Shown: positions 1-6,260 of the stretch, piece after piece
Position numbering within the stretch: position 1 is the stretch's first letter
Layout of the letters: each line of letters opens with the position of its first letter
Origin: Candidatus Sericytochromatia bacterium
GTDB lineage: Bacteria > Cyanobacteriota > Sericytochromatia > S15B-MN24 > JAQBPE01
Assembly: GCA_035285125.1 (NCBI GenBank)
Contig: JAYKHR010000076.1
Coordinates: 1-11,138, forward strand
Direction of reading: 5' to 3'
DNA: 11,138 bases
Position numbers and translations under genes: made by a program
The notes under the pieces: generated by a model
Database searches by the model: none
Seen by the model: the letters and a program-made list of their open reading frames with translations, nothing else
What the model was told of the DNA's origin: nothing

Positions 1-1
1 C

Positions 2-67
2 ATCGAAGAGGGCTGGAAGGCCTGCGCCCTGTGCGGCACACCGGCGCCGAGCGCGACCGGCGCGTGA
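2..67 (+). CDS. pilB: 3' end of upstream gene, probably type IV pilus extension ATPase PilB with a C-terminal Cys (zinc-ribbon-like) tail; partial
   Basis: Manual translation of frame 2 gives IEEGWKACALCGTPAPSATGA-TGA(65-67). The W-x-x-C-x-x-C pattern resembles the Cys-rich C-terminus of cyanobacterial PilB1, and the gene lies directly upstream of pilT-pilC (typical pilB-pilT-pilC order). Only 21 codons are visible. Confidence 0.55.
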   Translation: MEEGWKACALCGTPAPSATGA

Positions 68-111
68 GGCCCCCTGGCTGGCACCCCTGACCGAAAGGAC
101 CCGACACCGCC

Positions 112-1230
112 ATGTACATGGAAGAACTGCTGCAGATGGTGTTCGACCGGGACGGGTCGGACCTGCACATCGCGGCCAACGTGCCCCCGATCATCCGCAT
201 CAACGGCAAGCTGACGAAGACCGACTACGAGCCGCTGACGGGTGAGGACACGCAGCGCCTCATCTTCTCGATCCTCACGAACGAGCAGCGCAAGCAGCTC
301 GAGCAGACCTACGAGCTGGACTGCTCCTACGGCGTCGTCGGCCTGGGCCGCTTCCGCGTGAACTCCTTCAAGAGCAAGGGCAACTACGCGGCCGTGCTTC
401 GAACGATCAACTCGAAGGCGCCCAAGATGGAAGACCTCAACATGCCGCCCATCGTGCAGGAGCTGACGCACAAGCCCCGCGGCATGGTGCTCGTGACGGG
501 CCCCACCGGCTCCGGCAAGTCGACCACCCTCGCCGCGATGATCGACCACATCAACTCGCACCGCGCCGAGCACATCCTGACGATCGAGGACCCGATCGAG
601 TTTGTGCACCAGTCCAAGATGAGCCTGGTGAACCAGCGCGAGCTCCACGCCGACACGCGCTCTTTCGACAACGCGCTCAAGGCGGCGCTTCGCGAAGACC
701 CCGACGTCATCCTGGTGGGTGAGATGCGTGACCTCGAGACGATCCGCCTCGCCTTGTCGGCCGCCGAAACGGGCCACCTGGTGTTCGGCACGCTTCACAC
801 GAGCTCGGCCTCCCAGACCGTCGACCGTATCGTGGACGTCTTCCCGCCCCACCAGCAGATGCAGATCCGCGTCCAGCTGTCGAACTCGCTGGTGGCCGTG
901 CTCTCGCAGGCCCTCGTGCCCAAGGTCCAGGTGGAGCCCGGCAAGCGCGGCCGCGTGATGGCGCAGGAAATCATGCTCGTCACGCCGGCCATCGCGAACC
1001 TCATCCGGGAGGGCAAGACGGCGCAGGTGTACTCGTCGATCCAGACGGGCGGCAAGTTCGGCATGCAGACGCTGGAGATGGCGCTGCGCGACCTGTACCT
1101 GTCCAAGCAGATCTCCTACGAGGACGCCCTGTCCAAGTCGTCGCGCCCGGATGACCTCGCGAAGATGCTGGGTGGGACGGCAGGGCAACCGCCCCCGGCC
1201 CAGGGCGCCCCGGCCGGCATCAAGCGCTGA
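112..1230 (+). CDS. pilT: Type IV pilus retraction (twitching motility) ATPase PilT
   Basis: SDLHI N-terminal motif, RFRVN, Walker A GPTGSGKS, Asp box TIEDPIE, LREDPDVILVGEMRD (Walker B), His box TGHLVFGTLH, AIANLIRE (AIRNLIRE variant typical of PilT), GMQT. GAAAGGA at 93-99 is a possible RBS. Confidence 0.96.
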   Translation: MYMEELLQMVFDRDGSDLHIAANVPPIIRINGKLTKTDYEPLTGEDTQRLIFSILTNEQRKQLEQTYELDCSYGVVGLGRFRVNSFKSKGNYAAVLRTINSKAPKMEDLNMPPIVQELTHKPRGMVLVTGPTGSGKSTTLAAMIDHINSHRAEHILTIEDPIEFVHQSKMSLVNQRELHADTRSFDNALKAALREDPDVILVGEMRDLETIRLALSAAETGHLVFGTLHTSSASQTVDRIVDVFPPHQQMQIRVQLSNSLVAVLSQALVPKVQVEPGKRGRVMAQEIMLVTPAIANLIREGKTAQVYSSIQTGGKFGMQTLEMALRDLYLSKQISYEDALSKSSRPDDLAKMLGGTAGQPPPAQGAPAGIKR

Positions 1231-1242
1231 GCCTACCTTGCA

Positions 1243-1285
1243 GCCCCACGGCCCCTCGCGGGCGGTGGGGCCGTCTCTTGTGTGT
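1243..1285 (+). terminator. GC-rich hairpin after pilT; possible weak intrinsic terminator or mRNA-stabilising stem
   Basis: GCCCCAC-G-GCCC / loop CTCGC / GGGC-G-GTGGGGC (1243-1271), followed by a poor T tract (cgtctcttgtgtgt), 12 nt after the pilT stop. Confidence 0.5.
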
Positions 1286-1317
1286 GGCGGGGCACGGCCA
1301 GGCGGCGGCCCCGCACC

Positions 1318-1344
1318 GTTTAATGTGGGTAGCAACCGGGGAAA
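1318..1344 (+). promoter_or_regulatory. Candidate SigB/SigF-type promoter upstream of pilC-sigF
   Basis: GTTTAA (1318-1323) followed by GGGAAA (1339-1344), i.e. GTTT-N17-GGGAAA, resembling the GTTT...GGG(A/T)A(A/T) consensus of SigB/SigF-family sigma factors. It lies in a locally AT-richer patch of the 158-nt intergenic region. Confidence 0.35.
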
Positions 1345-1388
1345 TGACTCCATGGGGCTTCAGGGCCCTCCCAAGGTGAGGCGACGGG

Positions 1389-2636
1389 ATGGCGACCGTT
1401 TTCGAAGTCAAGGTCCGCGACAAGAAGGGCAAGACGTTCCTCAAGACCGTGAAGGGCGACAGCGCCAACGCGGTCAAGCAGGACCTCAAGTCCAAGAACC
1501 TGACGGTCGTGGGCATCAAGGAGAAGGGCATCGGCCCCACGCTGAGCGCCGGGGGCGGCTTCGACCTGCAGGCCGTGCTCGCGAAGTTCGCCGAGAGCAA
1601 GGTCAAACTCAAGGACCTCTGCATCTTCGCGCGCCAGTTCGCCACCATGATCAACGCGGGCGTCTCGATGGTCCGCTCGCTGGGCATCCTCGCCGACCAG
1701 TCCGAGTCGGCCAAGCTGCGGCGCATCCTGTCCGAGGTCAAGGACTCTGTCGAGCAGGGCCAGTCCCTGTCCGACTCGATGAGTAAGTACCCGGAAACCT
1801 TCAGCAACCTCTTCTGCGGCATGATCAAGGCCGGTGAGGCTGGTGGTGTGCTCGACAACGTCCTGCTGCGCGTGGCGGGCTTCCTCGAGAACCAGAACCG
1901 CCTGAACAGCCAGGTCAAGAGCGCGATGGCCTACCCCCTCACGGTCATGGTGTTCGCCCTCCTGATTTCAGGCGTGATGCTGATGTTCATCGTGCCGATG
2001 TTCGCCGGCATGTTCGAGCAGATGGGCGCCAAGCTGCCCGCGTTCACGCAGTTCCTGGTGGACTTCAGCAAGTTCCTGGCCTCGGCCTATGCGTTGCTCA
2101 TCGTGGTCGCCATCGTGGCCGGGGCGTACGCCTTCAGGGCGTTCCAAAGCACGCCCCAGGGCGCGATCCTCGTGGATCAGTACAAGCTGAAGCTGCCCAT
2201 CTTCGGCGACCTCATCCGCAAGGTGTCGGTGGCGCGGTTCTCCCGCACGCTGGGCACGCTGCTGAAGTCTGGCGTGCCCCTGATGCCGGCCCTGGAGATC
2301 GTGCGAGACTCCATCGGCAACCTGGTGGTGGCCGCCGTGATGGAGGACCTGCGGCTCTCCGTCTCGGAGGGCGAAGGCCTCGCCAAGCCCCTCGAAAGGG
2401 CGGGCGTGTTCCCGGCGATGGTCACGCAGATGGTGGCGATCGGCGAGGAGACGGGCTCGATCGACGCGATGCTGGACAAGGTCGCCGACTTCTATGACGA
2501 AGAGGTCGAGAACGCGGTCAAGGCGTTGACGTCGATGCTCGAGCCACTGATGATGGTCATGATCGGCGGCATCGTGGGCTCCATCGTCGTTGGCATGTAC
2601 CTGCCCATCTTCGACATCGTCAACAAGATCAAATGA
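1389..2636 (+). CDS. pilC: Type IV pilus inner-membrane platform protein PilC (GspF family)
   Basis: FARQFATMINAGV, GQSLSDSM, MIKAGEAGGVLD, KSAMAYP+TM, RFSRTLGTLLKSGVP, MVAIGEETG, LEP+TM and MYLPIF are GspF/PilC hallmarks. It follows pilT, and AAGGTGAGG lies upstream as a possible RBS. Confidence 0.96.
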   Translation: MATVFEVKVRDKKGKTFLKTVKGDSANAVKQDLKSKNLTVVGIKEKGIGPTLSAGGGFDLQAVLAKFAESKVKLKDLCIFARQFATMINAGVSMVRSLGILADQSESAKLRRILSEVKDSVEQGQSLSDSMSKYPETFSNLFCGMIKAGEAGGVLDNVLLRVAGFLENQNRLNSQVKSAMAYPLTVMVFALLISGVMLMFIVPMFAGMFEQMGAKLPAFTQFLVDFSKFLASAYALLIVVAIVAGAYAFRAFQSTPQGAILVDQYKLKLPIFGDLIRKVSVARFSRTLGTLLKSGVPLMPALEIVRDSIGNLVVAAVMEDLRLSVSEGEGLAKPLERAGVFPAMVTQMVAIGEETGSIDAMLDKVADFYDEEVENAVKALTSMLEPLMMVMIGGIVGSIVVGMYLPIFDIVNKIK

Positions 2637-3397
2637 CGCCCGCCGCGCCACGAGGGGAGCCGACCATGCGGAAAGAGCAAACCGTGACCACCGGGTTGTC
2701 GGCCGAGGCTCGCGCGGCGAGCTTCCACGCCCACGCCCACCTGGTCCCCCCGATCGCCCGGCACCTGGCGGCCCGGCAACCGGACGCGGTGGACGACCTG
2801 CTCCAGGTGGGCTCGATCGGCCTCCTGCGCGCCATCGAGCGCTACGACCCGGGCCAGGGCCGGGCCTTCGAGCCCTACGCCAACGCCTGCATCGCGGGCG
2901 AGATCCGGCACTACCTGCGAGACCAGGCGCCGCTGGTGCGGCCGCCCCGGGAGCTGGTCGAGATGCGCACGCGCGTGGCGCAGGCGCAGCACGCCCTGGC
3001 GCAGGAAGGCATCACGACCCCCTCGGCGGAGGCGATTGCCCAGGCCGCCGGGTTGCCTGCCGACAAGGTCGCGGACGTGCTGCAGCTCGAGGCGCAGGGC
3101 CTGCCGACCTCGCTCGATGAGGACCTGGAGCACGAGGGGGGGAGCACCACCCGCTACCAGCTGATCGACAGCAGGTACGCGAGCTTCCAGCTTGCCACCG
3201 ACGACCGCCTGATGGTCGAGGCTGCCCTGGGGCGGCTGCGCACGGTGTCCCGCGAGGTGATCGAGTTCGCGTTCTACGAGGACCTGTCGCAGACCGAGAT
3301 CGCCAAGCACCTCGGCATCAGCCAGATGCAGGTGTCCAGGCGGCTTCGCAAGGCCATGGACGAGCTCTGGAAGGTGCTCAACACCCGCATCTGCTGA
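2633..3397 (+). CDS. sigF: RNA polymerase sigma factor, SigB/SigF/SigG (group 3) family, cyanobacterial SigF-like
   Basis: Region 2 DDLLQVGSIGLLRAIERYDP...IAGEIRHYLRD...VRPPR; region 3 PSAEAIA...SLD; region 4 FYEDLSQTEIAKHLGISQMQVSRR. The linker RYASFQLATDD resembles the YRSFQLAQED-type motif I recall from cyanobacterial SigF. The start is either the ATGA overlap with the pilC stop (2633) or the ATG at 2666 after GGGGAG. Confidence 0.88.
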   Translation: MTPAAPRGEPTMRKEQTVTTGLSAEARAASFHAHAHLVPPIARHLAARQPDAVDDLLQVGSIGLLRAIERYDPGQGRAFEPYANACIAGEIRHYLRDQAPLVRPPRELVEMRTRVAQAQHALAQEGITTPSAEAIAQAAGLPADKVADVLQLEAQGLPTSLDEDLEHEGGSTTRYQLIDSRYASFQLATDDRLMVEAALGRLRTVSREVIEFAFYEDLSQTEIAKHLGISQMQVSRRLRKAMDELWKVLNTRIC

Positions 3398-3404
3398 TCG
3401 CGGG

Positions 3405-4139
3405 ATGGGGATGCGGCACTCGGTCCACAGCATCTTCTTCGAGCAGGCTGACGCCCACGAGGCGGCCAGCCGCTGGGACCAGGCCTTGGCGCTGCTGTAC
3501 CAGGCCCAGCGCTGGGCTCACCCGGACGCGGCCTACTGGGTGCGGCTCGGGCTGGTCAGCCTGCGCCTGGCAGAGCCCGCCTGGCTGAAGGCAGCGGGGC
3601 TCGACGCCACCCACGTGGGGGACATGGCCGCCCTCAACGCGGAGCTGTACCTGGAGCGCGCCTCCCGGCTTGCGCCACGCGACGTGGCGCCTGCGTTCTG
3701 GCAGGCCTGGGCGATGCACCACACGGGGCGGGAGCCCGTGGCCGTGCGCGAGGCCCTGCACGAGGCGCTGGCGCGGGATGCCCGGTGGCCCTACGCGCTG
3801 GCGCTCCTGGGCCGCCTGGAGCTGGCCGAGCGCTCGCCCGGCTTCCCGCCCCGGGCGCGCCGGGCGCTGGAGGGGGCCTGCGAGGCCCTGCCTGAGAGCC
3901 CCCGCCTGCAGTACGACCTCGGCGCGGCCCGGGCGGCGGATGGCGACGTGCGGGGGGCCTGCGAGGCCCTCGGGCGGGCCATGACGCTCCCCCCGTTGCC
4001 CGGCCCCCCGGGCACGGCAGGCGGCTGGCTCGCGGAGGCCTTCCACGGCCAGCCTGCCGTGCTGCACGGCTGGGTCGAGACTTACTTCGCGGACCTCTTC
4101 GAGGCCTCAGGCCTGGCCCTGCCCGCGAGGCGCCCCTGA
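3405..4139 (+). CDS. TPR-like repeat protein, function unknown
   Basis: Repeated helix-turn patterns (WDQALALLYQAQRWAHPDAAYWVRLG; ALARDARWPYALALLG; ALPESPRLQYDLGAARAADGDVRGACEAL). It starts 7 nt after the sigma stop; an alternative ATG is at 3411. Confidence 0.7.
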   Translation: MGMRHSVHSIFFEQADAHEAASRWDQALALLYQAQRWAHPDAAYWVRLGLVSLRLAEPAWLKAAGLDATHVGDMAALNAELYLERASRLAPRDVAPAFWQAWAMHHTGREPVAVREALHEALARDARWPYALALLGRLELAERSPGFPPRARRALEGACEALPESPRLQYDLGAARAADGDVRGACEALGRAMTLPPLPGPPGTAGGWLAEAFHGQPAVLHGWVETYFADLFEASGLALPARRP

Positions 4140-4154
4140 GGGCTCAGGGGGCGC
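4130..4154. other. Inverted repeat joining the two convergent stop codons; possible bidirectional termination or processing stem
   Basis: GCGCCCCTGA-GGGC-TCAGGGGGCGC. The arms contain the TGA of the TPR gene (4137-4139) and the TGA of the extended rhodanese gene (4144-4146, minus strand). There is no T tract. Confidence 0.4.
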
Positions 4155-4665
4155 TGGGTGAGGGTGAGGCCGCAGGCGAGGGCTGGCCCGCCGCCGTGGG
4201 CAACCCCTTGGCCTTCCAGGCGCCCAGGCCGCCCTGAAGGACGAGGAGCCTCGTGTAACCGAGCTTGACAAGGTCCAGCGCCGCACCGGCGCTGCTGTGC
4301 TCGTCCGGTCACGTACAGTAGAGCAGCAGCGTCTTGTCCCTGGGCAGGCTCGCGCGGCCCTGGCTGATGTCGGCCCAGGCGGCGTGCACCGCGCCCTCGA
4401 TGTGCTCCTGGGTGTAGGCCGCCGCGCTGCGCACGTCGACGACCACGAAGGCCTCGCCGGCCTGCTGGCGGACAGCCACCTGCTCGGGCGTGACCCGTTC
4501 CGGCGCCGCAGTGGGAGCCGAGGGCGCCTGGCTGGCGGGCGCCTGGCTGGCAGGCGCCCCCGTCAGCGGCACCCCGTTCAGCGAGGCCTGGAACAGCGGG
4601 CCGCAGGCGGTGAGGGCCAGGGCCAACCCCGCCCCCCATCCCCCGCGGGTCACAAGGTGTCTCAT
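4144..4665 (-). CDS. Rhodanese-domain lipoprotein, probable selenoprotein (173 aa, Sec at residue 119 in a C-x-U motif)
   Basis: Lipobox LTAC; VVVDVRS...YTQEHIEGA (rhodanese N-half); LLLYCT, then in-frame TGA at 4309-4311. Reading through gives PDEHSSAGAALDLVKLGYTRLLVLQGGLGAWKAKGLPTAAGQPSPAASPSPSAP-TGA(4144-4146), which contains the rhodanese C-terminal LxGGxxAW motif. A SECIS-like hairpin follows the UGA. Confidence 0.85.
4267..4308 (-). promoter_or_regulatory. Candidate bacterial SECIS element
   Basis: mRNA after UGA: CCG-GACGAG-CACAG-CAGCGCCG-GUG-CGGCGCUG-GAC-CUUGUC. The upper stem is a perfect 8 bp (4276-4294) with an apical G-U at +23/+24 from the UGA; the lower stem GACGAG/CUUGUC has 6 bp including one G-U pair. 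Confidence 0.7.
4522..4558. repeat. 15-bp tandem repeat (2.5 copies) encoding the APASQ-APASQ linker of the rhodanese lipoprotein
   Basis: gggcgcctggctggc at 4522-4536 and 4537-4551, plus a partial aggcgcc at 4552-4558. Confidence 0.8.
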
Positions 4666-4680
4666 CGTCCTGGGAGCCCT

Positions 4681-6189
4681 CTAGTCTTCGCGCGGCGCCG
4701 CGACGGCGCTCGCGTCTTCCACAACTGCTTCGCGGGGGTTGCCTGGCGCAAGCCAGCCGCCGACCGTGAGGACGGGTCCCGACAGCACCTCAGTATACCC
4801 CATGCCTCCGAGCATCCAGCGGCGGTAGCCGGCAGCGACGCGCAGCCCGCCGTGCGTCCAGCCGACGCCGGCCTCCCAGCGGCTGCCATTCGTGGGGACG
4901 GGCTCGGTAGCGCTGCTGCCGTCGAGGGCGAAGGCCACCGGGGCGAGGGCCCCCTCGCCGTAGAGCTCCAGCCCCCCCACCACGGGCACACGAGCGAAGA
5001 GCGCCAGCTCCGGGGCGAGCAGGGTGCGGCTGGTCGCGCTGAGCGGCGCCCCACCCACCGGCACCACGGCCTGCCAGTCGAGCTGGTGGCGGGCCATCAG
5101 CCCGAGGCCGCCCTGCAGCTCGAGGGGGCTGAGCCTCACGCCCCGCAGCGCGGCCGCTTGGAGGCGCCAGGCCTGGCGGGCGTGCAGCCCGTTGGCGATG
5201 CGGGGGTCGAGGTAGGCCAGGCTGCTGGCCCAGGCGTCGAGCTGCAGGCTCCACCACGGCAGCCACCCGTCCGTGCCTGCCGGCGCCGGGGGGCCCAGCG
5301 CCCAGCGGCCGTTGAGGCGGCCCCCGACGACGTGGGCGCTGTCGGTGCGGGCCGTCATGTTGTCGGCAGGGAAGGCGACCTCATAGGGGCCCACCATCCC
5401 GGCCGTGGCGAGGTGCATATCGAAGGGGGGCGTCGCGGGCGCGAGCGGGGGCGCCAGCACCACCGGCGAGGGGAACGGCGCGGTCGGGGGCGCGGGCAGG
5501 GGGACGGGCGTCGGCTCCGCGGCGGCCCCCGGCACGGGCAGCACGCCAGCGCCGGGCTCGCTGGGCTGGGGCGAGGGGCGGTCGAGGGCCTCCAACCCCG
5601 CCAGGATCGCCTGCAGGTCGGGCGCAGGCGAGGCCGTCGGGAGGGGCGAGGGGGCGACGTCCACCCGCGGCGACGGCAGCTGGGGCGCAGGCCCGAAGCC
5701 GCTTGGCCGCAGGCGCATCTGGGCAACGCGGGGCGGCGCGGCGGTCGACACAGGCGGGCCCACCGGCGGCGGCGAGGAGGCTGCGACCCCGGGCGCCTGG
5801 GGCACCAGCCACAGCACCCGCTCGGCGGGGTCGACGCGGACCGAGACCGCGGTGGGCGCGCGGAACAGCATCGTGATGCGCGTGTGGCTGCCCTCGCGAG
5901 GCGCCATCGCCCACCCGGCCAGCGCCGGGTGGCGGAGGACCGACTCCGTGAGCACGCCCACGACCCGGCAGCGGGCATCAAGATCCACATACACGCGGTG
6001 GGGGCCCGTCAGCGTGCCCTGGGTCCACCGGGGCGGTCCCCCGTGGTAGCGGAGCTGGAGCCCCTGCTCGGCCACGTGCCAGCGGGGCCTCTCCACCCAG
6101 GCCGAGCGATCCGTGCCTGCGCCACTCACGAGCGCGGCAAGGACCGGGAGGATGGCAGCGACGGGCAAGCGGTGGCCGGTGGGGGGCAT
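4681..6189 (-). CDS. Exported protein: N-terminal AMIN-like domain, Pro-rich linker, C-terminal outer-membrane beta-barrel-like region
   Basis: Signal-like N-terminus (LPVAAILPVLAALVSGA); TLTGPHRVYVDL...SHTRITM resembles the AMIN L-x-x-P-x-R-x-x-x-D-L pattern; about 110 aa Pro/Ala linker; C-terminal amphipathic strands (LELQGGLGL, GGLELYGEG, RWEAGVGW, LRVAAGYRRW, LSGPVLTVGGW). The domain calls are by eye only. Confidence 0.6.
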   Translation of the reverse strand: MPPTGHRLPVAAILPVLAALVSGAGTDRSAWVERPRWHVAEQGLQLRYHGGPPRWTQGTLTGPHRVYVDLDARCRVVGVLTESVLRHPALAGWAMAPREGSHTRITMLFRAPTAVSVRVDPAERVLWLVPQAPGVAASSPPPVGPPVSTAAPPRVAQMRLRPSGFGPAPQLPSPRVDVAPSPLPTASPAPDLQAILAGLEALDRPSPQPSEPGAGVLPVPGAAAEPTPVPLPAPPTAPFPSPVVLAPPLAPATPPFDMHLATAGMVGPYEVAFPADNMTARTDSAHVVGGRLNGRWALGPPAPAGTDGWLPWWSLQLDAWASSLAYLDPRIANGLHARQAWRLQAAALRGVRLSPLELQGGLGLMARHQLDWQAVVPVGGAPLSATSRTLLAPELALFARVPVVGGLELYGEGALAPVAFALDGSSATEPVPTNGSRWEAGVGWTHGGLRVAAGYRRWMLGGMGYTEVLSGPVLTVGGWLAPGNPREAVVEDASAVAAPRED

Positions 6190-6260
6190 GGAAGGGGCTC
6201 AGCGAAGGGGAGTGCCAGCATACCGGAAACACGGCGGGGCCACCACCGCCAGGGCCATCG

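Noticed and set aside
3392..3397. Sigma factor ending in Cys-TGA as a possible second Sec site
   Set aside because: The sigma region 4 is already complete, readthrough would run out of frame into the next gene, and I saw no convincing SECIS.
4082..4639. 185-aa minus-strand ORF overlapping the rhodanese (frameshift alternative)
   Set aside because: It is in a different frame with low-complexity Gly/Arg/Ala content and no rhodanese motifs. The motifs continue in the original frame.
4309..4665. 118-aa rhodanese ORF as a complete gene or pseudogene
   Set aside because: It ends inside the active-site loop. The intact downstream frame and the SECIS-like stem favour Sec readthrough, although a nonsense mutation cannot be fully excluded.
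6226..6250. Short hairpin GGCGG/CCGCC followed by GTGTTT after znuB (minus strand)
   Set aside because: The stem is short and the U tract weak, too little to call a terminator in GC-rich DNA.
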